Of a stretch of 64,000 nt of DNA, positions 1-12,843 are shown one piece after another. The translations under genes and the position numbers were made by a program. The DNA lies in NCBI RefSeq assembly GCF_030144855.1, contig NC_082712.1:58528001-58592000 (forward strand). Reading direction: 5' to 3'. Each line of letters begins with the position of its first letter. The first letter of the stretch is position 1. Under the pieces are notes generated by a model. The model made no database searches, had not been told where the DNA came from, and was given only the letters and a program-made list of their open reading frames with translations. Source of the DNA: Hypanus sabinus (lineage: Eukaryota).

Positions 1-1404
1 TCACCATAGATTCTGCCTGACCCAACCTTCCTGGATTTTCTGCCTTTTATTTAGTTTAGATGCTTTGCAATGAGGTGGTCAATACTTTTAATTCTATTAC
101 AGAACAATCAAGGCAATCACTAAATTACTGTATCTTAACATTTTCAAAAAAGGCGTGTTAAAATGCTTTACCCCATCCTTCAAATGAGATCTGAAAATAA
201 ATCAGTTGCCGTAGGTCTCCTTTGATTTGCTTTGTAAGACATTTATGTTTACACAGCAGCTGGAATATTACAAATAAAGTGAAATTCGCCTTTTATCAAT
301 GAAGTTAGGAGATGAAAAGACTCATTGAAATATCTTTCTTGATAAATTGGAAATAATTATCCAAATTTGCTACTGAAAAAAATCATATCATAAAGAACCT
401 TCTCTATGATGCCTGATATACAAAAGTATTCAAAAGCCTTTCAACCTTCAAATCAAGCCCAATAATTTTTTTGCTGGTGGTATTGCACCTTTAATGGGGA
501 TGTTGAACACATAAGAAATTCCAAATAAATGGAATTTTTTATCATTGGTCTCTTATCTTTTATTCACACATAAAAGGTTATTAGGACAGATTACACGAAG
601 TTGGACTGAAGAGATCCTGTTCTCTGAAGAGTTCCTTAAAGAGGGAGAGAGAGGCTGATTTACTCAGGGTAGGATTTCCAGAGCTTAGGGCCTTGGAAGA
701 CAGGCATGCTGACCAAAGGTGAGGTGAAAAGTTAAAGGTGGAGAGCACAGAGTTCTTGAAATGTTGTTGGAATAGGCAAACTAGTCCAATTAGGACATAG
801 TTTTGGTCATCCAAGATCAATAATGTGGGAAATGAGGCTTGTCTACGTACATTCTCAAGGTTTTAGTGTTAGGTGTTGATAGATTTTGTACCAAGAAAAC
901 CTGCTGTTGGTAAGATTATCTTCACTTGCTTTGATATTAATGGACTGGGCTTGCATGCTTTCAGATGAGTCAGCAATGCTCTTGTAGATTCATTGCAGTG
1001 GCACATCTTACCTTGCATGAGTGAGTGCCTTGGGGAAAGAAATTGCAATCAAGCCACAAAAAAAGGATTATTCCTTGGGAAGAACATGGGGCAGGATGAG
1101 GTCATATCTGTCTACGCTGCCATACAACTATACCTATTCTTTCTCCATAAGAAGTGCTCTTCTTTAAAAATGTGTCCAATTTGCTTTTTAAAGTTCCCGT
1201 TGGACCTATTTCTACCACGCTCCCAGGCAAGATGTTGCAGATCACAACTCGCTATGGAAAGACGTTCTCCTTATCTCAACTTGTTCTTTAGCTTCATCTG
1301 CAATCTGTGTCCCTCTGTCTATTGATCATCCTGTCCCTTACAGGAAAGGATGCTTATATAGATTATAAAGACGAGCATAAAACAGTTGTACCGACTGTCC
1401 TGTT

Positions 1405-2310
1405 TCTGAGATAAAAGCTGAAAATATTGGATACATTCAGGACTCAGGCAGCATCAGTGAAAAGAGAAACAGAGATCAGGTCAAAAAGTCTTTCTCAAAA
1501 CTGGGAAAGAGCGAAAAGCTATTTTTTTAAGTTGCAGAAAGGTTGAGGAAGGGATGGATGGGACAAGCAAGGGATGGTCAAAATTGCAGTGACCAGGGAT
1601 TAAAGGCAGAAGTTAAAGTATAAATAAAGACAAAATGACAATAAATTATTACAAAAAGCAAAGGTGTGGAATAAGCCCAGGAGGTCACGCTGTGCTAACA
1701 GACTGAGAAAATATGCTTCCCACCAATGGATTACCTACAGCAGAAACAGTCAGCTCTGTTTCAGATAGAGAAAGCATGTTACTGGGATGTTTCATTCAAT
1801 ATTGAATCCAGAAGGTTGGAACATGTGCAAACTGAGGTTAAAGTAGCGTTCCTTAAACATGCCTTGTTATAATGGTGCAAGAGGTCACAGACTGTGCATC
1901 AGAGGAGTGGAACGGTGAATTGAAGCAGCAGATGCTTAATGTTGGCTCTATAGATTGAACACATGTGTTCTGCAATGTAGTTATACAACTTACATTTGAT
2001 TTGTTCAATATAGAAGTAATCATATTGTGAGTATCAAAAGCAGTAAGCTCAGCCGGAAGAAATGCAAGTGAGTTGCTGCTTTGCCTGGAGGGACTGTTTG
2101 GTTTTTGGGTCACCGGATGGTTGGAAGGGAAAAGGTGAAAGGGAGATATTACATCACGTGCAGTTATATTGGGAAGGGCCATAATAAGGCTGATTGGTGG
2201 TAGGGCCAGAAGGGTTCATCAAGGGGAATATTTCTTTGAAATGCTGAAAGGAGTGGGAGGAGTGTGGAATAATGTGCCTGATGATGGAATCTTGTTGTGA
2301 CAGGGGGAAA
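1405..2310 (-). mobile_element. Old Penelope-like element (pLTR and GIY-YIG region)
   Basis: Degenerate similarity to the 44432-45724 element, seen by eye. Confidence 0.5.
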
Positions 2311-3838
2311 TGCAAATACAGAGGCTTGAGCAGTGGAAAATTTCTATTATAAGCCATTTTTTTATTTCTAAGGACCATTTCTTATCCCCATGTTTTATGC
2401 ATTTTGAAGTGAGCTAAGTGAAACACAGCAGTGCTTTAAATGCTATATGAAGAAGCATGTTCTCCAGACAGCCATTGGAGAGGACGATGAGAATGGCAGG
2501 AGTTAGAAGGCTGGCCCTCAAAAGTCATTCAACGTGCCACTGGAATTGCAGTTTTGTGACTTTTTTTTTTAATGATTTTTCAATTATTACTAGAAAAGCT
2601 AAGCAGAATAAAAATGTCATGATTAACTTGCAGGCAACATCTTTTATTGCATCTGGGTTGCTGACGTTGTAAAAGAACATTAGTTTGGTCTGTCTCTTAG
2701 AGCTCAACAAGAAAAATATAGCCATCACATTCTTCAGTAAGAGGTAGCATCAATATTATTCTATTAATCCGTTGGCAATGGAGAGAATATTTTGGCAGTA
2801 GTTTTCATAATCTCTCTGCTGCTGGCAGCCATAACTACACTCCAAACTATCCTCCCCAAACCTCTCTGTTTCCTCACGCTCTTTTCTATTTTCAAAATAT
2901 CTTAAAAACCATCTCTATTCCAATATCTGCTAATGTGACTTGATGTCAAATTTTGCTGTTAATAATCTTGTTTGATTTAAGACTCTGTGCAATAAAACAC
3001 TGTTAAAACAAAGTTTGACCTTAAAATAAAACAAACAGCAAATCACTTCTCAACACAAAACAAAACTGGAGAAGAGTTTTCACCCAATTAGTAATCTGGC
3101 CCTAAAACACTTCACGTGTTGGTAAAGGTATCATTTATAAAAGGAAATACCATTAGATAATATTCCCTGATATCATTAGGAGGTGAATAGGTGCAACTTG
3201 ATAAGTGAGCATGAAAATGAGGTTATCACAAAAAAAGTGGCAGTGTTCAATAATGGATCACTCCATGAATAACCCAGTTTTAGATTACTCAAATATGTAT
3301 GGAACCATCTGTTAAGGAAATCAGATCTCAGTAGTTCATTAATGTAATCAATAGCCTTTAAAATTAACTATTTATGCCCTTGTAAACAAACATACCATAA
3401 CTTCCTCAAAGTCTTGTATCCAAGTAGGCTAAGCAGAAACTGATTAAATGGATTGGATTCTAGAAGTAATTTTGTAACCGGAGCTGAAGTATAGTTCGAT
3501 CTCCTAAACTATTGCATGGTACTGCATGAACCTGATTTACCCTGGATGTAACCAATGGTTATAATGTTATCATTTCTGTTATTGTTTGGGCCATTTTCAA
3601 ACAAACAAGATGAAACGGAAGCTCTATCCAGTAACACTACAAAGAGGTGATTGATTCAGCATTCTGTTATTGTTTTCCCTTGTGCTGATTCAATGCACAG
3701 TTGCAATGAAATTATCTATATGATAGTATGCAAAACAAAGACTTTCTTTGAACCTCAGTATATGTGACAATAATAAAACAATTTACCGATTTATCCTATT
3801 GTATACATAGTTAGCAAAAACACCTGAAGAGAACTCAC

Positions 3839-4139
3839 CACTAAGGCTCTGATCTTGATTTTCTCATTGGTTGACTTTTTATACATGTCCTTCAGTAAAG
3901 TGATTCCATTGGTGATGATGAAACTTGCTCTACTGGCCTTGCTTGCTGCATGGATGATGGCTTCCAATGCCACCAATTGGTCAATCTCTCTGTCCGAACC
4001 ACATAGTGCGACCATCATCTCCATCACCCCTTGCAAAGCCAGAATGCTGTTACCAACATCAAACGGTCCCTGAAGGAGTGCGGACACGCACTGAATTGCA
4101 TGCAGGTTTTTCTCCATGTTCTTGGGATCAAACTTGCTC
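3839..4139 (-). CDS. unc45b: unc45b coding exon 9 (301 nt): SKFDPKNMEKNLHAIQCVSALLQGPFDVGNSILALQGVMEMMVALCGSDREIDQLVALEAIIHAASKASRASFIITNGITLLKDMYKKSTNEKIKIRALV; gene continues beyond position 1
   Basis: CAG acceptor and GTG|GTGAGT donor. B-paralogue motifs KFDP..M.KNL and GVMEMMVALCGS. The next exon (GLCKLGSAGG...) was not found in 1-3838. Confidence 0.96.
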
Positions 4140-5121
4140 CTGCAGCATGATGATGAAAATATATTTTAAAACATTAAGCATTATTTTCTTCCTTGTTACC
4201 ACCCAGTAAACTCAAACTCATCCACAATGCTGCTTTTCAAGTTTGAATCCTCTCCAATTAAGCCAGCAGATGATTAATTCTAGAAGTCATACTGTACAGA
4301 GACAGTCCTTTCATCCAGTCAAGTCCAACATGACCATCAGGCACTTAGTTACGCAAATCCTAAATTAATCTCGTTTTATTCTTCCCTCCTTCAAATCAAA
4401 TTCCACAACCCCGCCCCCCCCCCCCCCCCAGCCTCTAACATGAATCTATACACTACCAGCAATTTTATGGCAGTATGTCGACCTACATGTCAGAGCTCCC
4501 AGAGGAACGCCAAAAGGTCACAGGTAGAACATGGAATTCTTACACAGATAACACTGGAGGCCAGTATTAAACTGAGGTCATTTAAATTGTGCGGCAGTGG
4601 CTCAACACATTGTATTACTGAGCTGCCCAATATTCTCCTTATTTGACAGCTCTCTCCTACTCACAAACATATAGTCAGACAGTCTCATACCCAATTTGAA
4701 TTTCAGTAACTCTACATTTGATGGATTCTGTAATTTCCTCTCAAAGCCTCTTACCTCCTTTCACTTGGGGCAGACTCATGTTCAGAGTGCCAAATGCTGT
4801 TTGTTAATTGCTCCTGCCACATTCTTCAGGAATATTTTAGCATTTGGCACTAAGTTTTTAATGCAAATTATTATTGTTTAGAGATGTTTTATGTAGTTCT
4901 TTCAATTGGTTTTAGTTTCCGAGTGTAAATTGAATGAGAGAAGTTAAAAGACAATTTAAATTCAGTTTCCAAGCAAGCCACACTTCCCTTTAAATATTCC
5001 ATCAGTCGAGGTCTGACACAAATTAATTAGTTCCACTTGAATTTCATAAATGGCATAAATTTGAAAAATTTTGAACCAGAACTTCATAATTTTTTTTTAA
5101 ATATTTTGCTTTTCACACTCT

Positions 5122-5160
5122 GGGATAAGAGATTTAGAGGGGATATGCAGAAGAACCAGT
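5122..5160 (+). repeat. Exact 39-bp direct repeat of 6473-6511
   Basis: GGGATAAGAGATTTAGAGGGGATATGCAGAAGAACCAGT occurs at both sites. Confidence 0.92.
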
Positions 5161-5254
5161 AAAGCTATCTGAGGTGCAGGCTACAATTTAGCTTTGCCAT
5201 TAATAATTGATTTCCAGACGAGGTTTTCAAATGTGGCTCAGGGTCTCCGGATCA

Positions 5255-5560
5255 TGTTTACAGGTCTACATCCACAGCCCAAGCTGAAACCTCGAGCACA
5301 AACCACATTAGCATGGCGCTGAGAGAGTGCCACACTGTCAGTGGTGTGGCCTTTTGAATGAGGCTCTAAACTCAAAGCCTGATAAGTTCCTTAACATTGT
5401 TTTTAAGTAAATCAAGGCAATTCTTCCTTGTATTAAAGCTAAGGCTTATCAATAATACAAAATCAGAACTTTTGGAACTGGTATCCACTGGATCTTGCTG
5501 TGTACTTGTATACTTGCTGTAAACAATTATTGTTCTTAAATTACAAGAATAACTACAGTT
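5255..5560 (+). mobile_element. Ancient Deu-domain SINE (SacSINE/AmnSINE-like)
   Basis: CTGAGAGAGTGCCACACTGTCAGTGGTGTGGCCTTTTGAATGAGGCTCTAAAC resembles the Deu core; similar relics at ~6790-7080 (-) and ~35650-36290. Confidence 0.5.
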
Positions 5561-7084
5561 CAAAAGTACTCTGTTGCCTGTTTATGTCTTCAGGCTTGAC
5601 GGAAGTTTATAAAATTATGAGAGGTGTAGACAGAATAGACAGCTGATATCTTTCTCCCAGAGTCGGGTTGTTTCTGGGAGAATTGCTTAATATTTGACAT
5701 GCATTGAAGTTGAGAAGATCTGCAGGGCAGTTAGTTGTCTTACACAGAGAGTGGTGCATGCCCGCATTGCACTGCCAGGGCTGGTGGTGGAGGATTTTAC
5801 CAAACTCATAGGCACAGAAAAATGTGGAGAATGAACAGACATGAACCATGTGCAGGCAGAAGTGATTGGTGCTATTAGCTTAATTAATTCGGCATAACAC
5901 TGTTCTTATCTGTCCAGTTGATCTATGTTGTAAGTTAATTTTTATGTTTGCTAGGAGAGTGAAGGATTTGTTAGGACAAAGAACATGTCTCTGTCCTGTT
6001 TAGCATTCACTATAGCTCTACACACTGTAAATTTTAGCATTGTTTGTTTTTTAACAATCTCATATCACTGCTTTTACATGTTTTTAGGATGATTTTCCCT
6101 GATTGCCCTCATTAACCTATCAACTATTTTTATTCATCAACAATTTACCCCTTCACCAATCCCGAGCTCACCCTATATTCCCTTGCCCTAACCATCTTTC
6201 TATCACTTACACGGCAACTTAAAATTTGCCCTATCTATTCTTTCCTCATTCACGCTGCAGCTTAAAACAAGCTTGTTTGTCCCTTGAGGACAATCCAACC
6301 TTGGCCTCAGTGTCATTTATCTCTTCCCTCCCCATACACTTTGACATGACTGAAGCTCAATATCAGTCACTCTTCATCTTGAATATATCCAATGACTACC
6401 TTGCACAGGTCCCCAGGGCAGCAAATCCAAAGATTTGCAACCTTCTCAAATGGGCAATCACACAAAAAGTAAGGGATAAGAGATTTAGAGGGGATATGCA
6501 GAAGAACCAGTTCACTGAATGGTGGTTGGAATTCAAGTGCTCATCATGATACTTCTTAAACTTTGTAAGTATCTGCCTGTGTAGTCAGTTTAGTCAGGTA
6601 CTCAAAACATTTAGGAAGTGTATTAATGAGCACATGAATCGCCAAGGCTTTGAAGGCTACAGACTGTTGGTATATGGGATTAGTCTAGACAGACACGTGG
6701 GAGTCAGTATAGGCATGCTGAGTTGCAAGGCTTTTTTGTGTGCTTTATCACTCCATGACACTAAGTCCCCAATCCTCATGAAGTACCGTACTTGAAAAAC
6801 AACTTGGATTTCTATCAAATTTTGCACATCTCAGAGGTTTTTGCAGGCAATAAAGTACTCATCAAAAGTAATCATTATTGTTATGTAGGGAATCTTGCAT
6901 ACAGTAGCTTCCCACAATGGTAGTGTAATAGTGAACAGACAATTTGGTTAGTAATATTACATGAATGGTAAGTATTGACCAGAACACCAGGGAGAATTCC
7001 ATTTGCTTTGCTTCACAAAAGTCCCTTAGCATCTCTTTAATCCACTGAAATTTAATTCAAACAGAGATACCTGCTTTAGTAAAT

Positions 7085-7445
7085 CAGGTGACACGATAGT
7101 GTAGTGGCTTGCACAATGTTTTTTTTTGTAATTTTTTATATTGAAGTTTGTCATCAAACAAACATCTCCATAAGATGTATTTCAGACATAGTCTTTGTAT
7201 AGTTGCAATGTTTTAAAGTACCAGCAAGCCAGGTTCAGTTCCTGCCGCTGTCTATAAGGAGTCTCTCTGTGACCACGTGGCTTTCCTTCGGGTGCTCCAT
7301 TTCCCTCCCACAGTCCAAAGGCATACTGGTTGGTAGGTTAATTGGTCATTGTACATTGCCCTGGGATTAGGCTCGGATTAATCAGTGGTTGCTGAGCTCA
7401 AAGAGCCAGAAGGGCCTACTCCATGCTGTTTCTAAATAAATAATT
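7085..7445 (+). mobile_element. tRNA-derived V-SINE (HE1-like), interrupted by an L1-type insertion
   Basis: A/B-box-like head; V core GTGACCACGTGGCTTTCCTTCGGGTGCTCCATTTCCCTCCCACAGTCCAAAG; (TAAA)n tail. Confidence 0.8.
7123..7205 (-). mobile_element. 83-bp poly(A)-tailed L1/Tx1-type 3' end
   Basis: 9-bp TSD CAATGTTTT (7114-7122 / 7206-7214); minus-strand target reads TT|AAAA. Confidence 0.7.
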
Positions 7446-7794
7446 AAGTTTGATTGCCAGATCAGCTCTGTGGATTGGAATGTTAACCTATATTTATCAG
7501 ACTTGAAGATAAACCATCTTGCACAGAATGGAAGCATAAAGGTCAGAGAACTTCAGGGCTGATGTTGTTTGGAATAATGTAAGAACTCTCAATGCTCCCA
7601 AACTGGGGAAAGGACATTTGTCAGGCTGCCTGTGAATGCTGAGAACGGGATTGTGCAAGGTCAGTTGGTATGCTGATGTCCACTTGCTTTCTTAGATATA
7701 TAACCAAACAGTATGACCATGACAGGAACCACATATCAGTCTTAAAACCAAGTGTTTAATCCATATACAAGTGATATAAGGAAAATAATGCTGC

Positions 7795-8085
7795 CGGGGC
7801 TGGCACAGTAGGATTGTGGTGAATGTATCACTTCACATCACCTGCAATCGTTAATCAGGGATCAATTCCCAGTGCTGTCTGTAAGGAGGTTGTACGTTCT
7901 CTCCGTGCCTGTATGTGTTTTCGCTGAATGGTCTGGCTTCCTCCCACATTCCAAAGCTGTATGGTTATGGTTAGTTGTGGGTATGCTATGTTGGCTCTGA
8001 AAGCGTCTTACACTTGCAGATGACTCATTTCACTGTATGATCGGATGCTTTGAAGTACATATGACAAATAAAGTTAATCTCTTTA
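7795..8085 (+). mobile_element. tRNA-derived V-SINE
   Basis: Head GGGGCTGGCACAGTAG; V core GTACGTTCTCTCCGTG...TTCCTCCCACATTCCAAAG; AATAAAG tail. Confidence 0.78.
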
Positions 8086-8212
8086 AGATAATTACTTTAA
8101 ATAACAACACATAAGCATATCTCTGCCACAGACAATACAACTAAATCATAAGGTAACAGATAGCTGATCCACTGACAATCAGGAGTAATTTCCACCCCAA
8201 TATGCCACTTAC

Positions 8213-8384
8213 GTTATATATCCCTCACAGATTTTTCGGAAATTTTCTCTTTCCTGGTCACATCGAAGATCACAGTAAAGGTTGTTGAGTAAGATAGAAG
8301 CGGTGAGGCAGGTGTTCTCAGTCAGGGGCAAGCAGTCTGGCAGTTCAGGGAACTGCCCTCCCACTTTCAAGATTTTCTTCAAAC
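8213..8384 (-). CDS. unc45b: unc45b coding exon 8 (172 nt): GLKKILKVGGQFPELPDCLPLTENTCLTASILLNNLYCDLRCDQERENFRKICEGYIT
   Basis: CAG acceptor and AC|GTAAGT donor; translated by hand, absent from the ORF track; matches UNC45B GLRKILKV...LYDDLRCDPERDHFRKICEEYIT. Confidence 0.95.
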
Positions 8385-8914
8385 CTGAAGGTAAAATATC
8401 ATTCTTGAATTAAATACAGAGAGAAAATGATTGGTTTATTGATTCCTCAAAGGTTTCTCCTATATAGTACTTCTAAAACCATGTAACTATGGTAAATGAA
8501 ATTAAAGTATTTTGGAATATGTCAGAAAGCTCCAGTCCTCCATATCCACTCATATGAGTTTCCAGAATTTCCATTGACAGCTGTATTTTAGCTGCCAAGT
8601 CCTAAACTCTAAAATTCCCTCCTTAAATCTCTCTCTTCCATTGAAATGCTCTTTAAACCTGGCTATATTAGCAGGCTTTTGTACATTTACAAGGTACATC
8701 GATGTGGGTCGGAGACAATTTTTGTTTTGATAATCTGTCTTGTTTACTATCTTAGATAAGCTACGAAAATAAAAATCGCTTTCATAGTTGTTGACTTTTA
8801 TCCATCCTCTTAAACGGCGCAGCAGGTAATTTGTTCATGGGCAAGTTGGGATAGACAAGCTTTGGCTCATCAGTAATGCCCCTATCTCATTAATATAAAT
8901 AATAGAAAAAATTA

Positions 8915-9130
8915 GCTGCTGGAGGAACTCAGTGGGTCAGGCAGCATCCTACGGAGGGAAATAGACTGTAAATGTTTCAGGTCAAGACCCTTCATATGGA
9001 CTGGGACTATCAGACCAAATTAAGGACCACAACCCAAAACATCAACTGTTTCTTCCACCCCCGCCCCTACACCCACACCCAACCAATGTTGCTCAAGCCA
9101 GTGAGATCATCCAGCAGTTTGTTTCTCTTG
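8915..9130. mobile_element. Old Penelope-derived imperfect inverted repeat
   Basis: TGCTGGAGGAACTCAGTGGGTCAGGCAGCAT ... ATGTTGCTCAAGCCAGTGAGATCATCCAGCA; degenerate hammerhead remnants in both arms. Confidence 0.6.
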
Positions 9131-9311
9131 CTCCGGTGTGTATCTAAAAACAAAACCTTTATCTGGGCTATCGCAGGCAGAAAAGATACTAATCTCAGTA
9201 CAAGCACAAGGAGAGGAATTTATTTCAGCAATGCTCCAGTGACCCCACATTCTAAGCAATATTACTTCATAATGTATAATTAAGAAGACAAATGATGAAG
9301 AGTTGACTAAC

Positions 9312-9482
9312 CTAAATCGATGGTTTCCAAACTTCTGGTGTTGTCTTTAATGTTCAGATTCTTTCGAGGTACATTTCTAATCAGTAGGTTGAGAACCTGA
9401 TCTCTCCCATGCCCTGTGACACGGGGGTGAACCAGCATTTCCAGGAGGTGTGTGATTATCACCTTCACAACTTTTGATGTAT
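9312..9482 (-). CDS. unc45b: unc45b coding exon 7 (171 nt): DTSKVVKVIITHLLEMLVHPRVTGHGRDQVLNLLIRNVPRKNLNIKDNTRSLETIDL+G
   Basis: CAG acceptor and G|GTTAGT donor; GRDQ.LNLL..NVPRK motif. Confidence 0.95.
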
Positions 9483-10389
9483 CTGCAGAAAATAAAACAA
9501 ATTTAAAACCAAGAGGAGGAAGAACTCTTCTTATGTCAATTATGGCAAACCTGTGCAAAGATATAAGCGAACAGGAATCCACTGAAGTCAAGCCAATAAG
9601 CTGTATCATATAAAATCAACAGGAACCATCCTCATACATGTTTAACACCTGCAGCCATCTTCTCAGGGCCATAAAAAAACTCTCCAGGTCACCTGTACAA
9701 TCAAAACTTCAAATATTTTATAGTAACAGATCCAGAGTTTCATTACAATGAAATAACAGGAGATGTTGTGATTATCAATAATGGATTTTGTGTAGCACAT
9801 TGGACCCGGAGGTTGTCAGTTTAAATCCCACTACAGCTCCAAATCTGGACTGTTCTGTCAGAAATTAATGGCCTCAGAGCTACCTTCTCAAGGGCAATTG
9901 TTGATGGACAATAAGTACTGGCCTTGCCAGCAACGTCCATGTTCCATAAATTAAGAATCGTGAACAATGTTCAGAAAGCAGATGGATATGTAATGGAATG
10001 GGAAGGATTGGCAGAGTTTTGGTGGAAGTGAGGAGAGTGATTAATTGGTAGGTCATTCAAAGACCTCTAACTATATGATGGAGCCAAATATTGTTGCTTT
10101 GCTGCCTGATGATTTTATCTAACAATGGCTGTGTCACATATTAATTCAGCCAAAAAACAGTCTGATTTTTTTATTAAGTGGGCAAAATCAGCAAAATGAA
10201 CAGAGCAATACAGATTGTGGGAAGAGAAGTATGATCTGGAAATATATTATTTATAGGAAGGAGGTATAACAAAGATACAAGTAGTAAGAAATGACAGTCA
10301 AACATAAACACTGTGGAAAACACTGGATAAATGTGGAATAGACAAAGTATTTGTGAGACTATTGAATGGATCTCTTGTATGATAAAGAT

Positions 10390-10950
10390 CAACTCTTGAA
10401 TGGAAAATCCTACAAAAAGTAATGGATATGGCCCAGTCCATCATGGTTAAAGCCCACCCCACCATTGGGCGCATCAACACGAAGCGTTGTTGACGGAAAG
10501 CTATCGGGAACACCCAGCCCCCCTGCCCAATCTAGGACATGCTCTCTTCTCATTGCTGCCATTAGGAAGAAAGTACAGGAGCCTCAGGACCCACACCACC
10601 AATTTCACAGTTATTACCCCTCAACCATTAGGCTCTTGAACCAAAAGGGATAACTTTAATCAGCTTCACTTACCCCATCACTTAGAGGTTCCCACAACAT
10701 ATGGATTCACTTTCAGGGACCCTTTTTCTCATGTTCTCAATATTTATTGCTTATTTATGCATTATTATTATTTCTTTCCTTTTGTATTTGCACAGTGGTT
10801 GAATGCCCAAGTTGGAGGGATCTATCATTGTTGTGGTGATGGTTATTATTCTATTAAGGATTTGTTGAGTATGCCTGCAAGGAAATGGATCTCAGAGTTG
10901 TATATGCTGCCATACATGTACTTGGATAATAAATTTACTTTGAACTTTGA
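10390..10950 (+). mobile_element. Rex1/Babar-like LINE 3' fragment
   Basis: Clearly similar to 23400-23912; (TTTGAAC)n tail. Confidence 0.8.
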
Positions 10951-11319
10951 ACCCTGTTTCACAGTCCACTTCCACATGGCCCTTGTACCTTTCTGTCTGC
11001 CTGCACGTCATTTTCCCTGTAACGGTAATATTATATCCTCCATTCTGTTATTCATTTACCATTGTAGTACCCTGATGCACTTACATATATTTAGAAATTA
11101 TCTGTCTGGAGAGCATGCAGAACAAAAATTTTCGCAACACAGTATCTCAGTACCTGTGACAATAATAAACTACTTATCAACTACAGGAGAAACAGCAATG
11201 AGAAAGGTTGCAAAATACACAAAGTTCACGGATCAGGGTGTATGCATCTGACGGGGGAGAATTACCCAAATGAGAGGGTCAAACAAAGTAAATGGTTAGA
11301 AGCACATAAGGAGACTGGA

Positions 11320-11580
11320 AGTTATTTATTTATATAGAGACACAGCACTGAATAAGACCTTCCCTTCCTGCCCTTCGAGCCACAGCACCGCGATTCACGG
11401 GACAATTTACAATGACCAATTAACCTACTAAGCAGTTGGTCTTTGGACTGAGGGAGGAAACTGGAAGACCCAGAGAAAACCCATGCGCTCTTCAGGAAGG
11501 ACGCACAGATTCCTTGCAGGTGACATTGGAATTGAATTTAGCCCTTAGCTCTGAAAACGTCGCACTAACTACTATGCCAG
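11320..11580 (-). mobile_element. V-SINE
   Basis: Reverse V core CTTTGGACTGAGGGAGGAAACTGGAAGACCCAGAGAAAACCCATGC. Confidence 0.75.
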
Positions 11581-12296
11581 GAATGACCTTCCAGTCATTT
11601 CTGAGGGAATGGAGGGCAATATTCAGCAGGTTAAGCTGCAACAATGCAAAAAGAAGCACAAGTTATTGCTTTGGGTAAACAAATGCTGAAAGGTCAATGA
11701 GTTGTTCTCTGTTTCTCCTCCCAAGGTCACTGCCTGATCTGCTGTCAGCATTCTCTCCTTTTAATTTCAGGTTTGCAGCATCTGCTGCATTTTATGCTTG
11801 TGGCCATGATTCGGACATTAACATTCCTGTCTGCAAGATCTGTAGGAAGAACAAATTGGCAGTGAAGAAACTGCCAGGGCTTATCTGCAAATCAGCCGCT
11901 GCCATTGTCACCAAATGGGATCCGAAACCTTGAAGACAAATGCCTTGGCGCTCAACAAATGTAACCAAATAGTAAATAATCTTTTGCCACATATTAGCAT
12001 AATGCAAGTAACAACTAAATCATTATCTATTGTTATTATTGCATTTAAAATGATTGCTTAATACATTTTAAGGTAAGTTTTCTCTTTTAGTTAGATCTAT
12101 AGGTAAATAGTTCTCCAAAAGTGACATTACTGGTAGACAGGATGGTAAAGAAAGCTTTTGGTATGCTGGTTTTCATCAGTCAGGATGCAGAGTCAAGAAG
12201 TTAGGATGTTATGTTGCAGGTTTACAAGATGTTGGTGAGGCTGCATTTGGAGCATTGTGTTCAGTGTTGGTCATGCTAGTATTAGAAAAATTCTGA

Positions 12297-12590
12297 GCAA
12301 CACATACAAAATGCTGAAGGAACTCAGCAGGTCAGGCAGCATCCATGGGAATGAATGTTTCGGGCCAAAACCCTTCATCAGGACTGAAAAGAAGGAAGAA
12401 GATACCAGAATAAGAAGATGGAGGGAGGGGGAGGGGGATGAAGTAAGAAGCGGGGAAGTGATAAGTGGAAAAGGCAAAGGGCCGGACAGAAAGGAATCTG
12501 ATAGGAGAGGAGAGTGGACCATGAGGGAAAGGGAAGGAGGAGGGGCACTGGGACAGGGGAGAAAAGGCAAGAGGACAGAGTGGAGAAACG
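12297..12590 (-). mobile_element. Penelope-like pLTR fragment with hammerhead core
   Basis: Minus strand CAGTC-CTGATGA-A-GGG TTTTGG CCC-GAAA at 12358-12386; the 3' strand of stem I is deleted. Confidence 0.7.
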
Positions 12591-12674
12591 AAGACTCTAT
12601 GATTCTATGACTCTAATAAATTGACAATTCTGTTTGAATTATTTTTAATGTAAACCCAAGAACCACATACATAC

Positions 12675-12843
12675 CAAGCACCAGAGCTTCATCTTTCCCA
12701 CGATGTTCCTTACTATCTGTGCCTTCAAAGTTATCCATGATGGTCTGGAAGAGACTGGATGTTGCCAAAGTAATCTCTTCATCATATAAGCCCAAGAAAC
12801 CGCAGATCCTATCCATTTCCACATAATGCAAAACAGCCAATGC
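12675..12843 (-). CDS. unc45b: unc45b coding exon 6 (169 nt): ALAVLHYVEMDRICGFLGLYDEEITLATSSLFQTIMDNFEGTDSKEHRGKDEALVL+G
   Basis: TAG acceptor and G|GTATGT donor; EHRGKDEALVL matches UNC45B EHRGKEEALVL. Confidence 0.95.

Noticed and set aside
1-3838. Next unc45b exon (GLCKLGSAGG...)
   Set aside because: Not seen on the minus strand; it presumably lies left of the window.
7795-7875. tRNA gene
   Set aside because: It is the degenerate tRNA-derived head of a V-SINE and continues directly into the V core.
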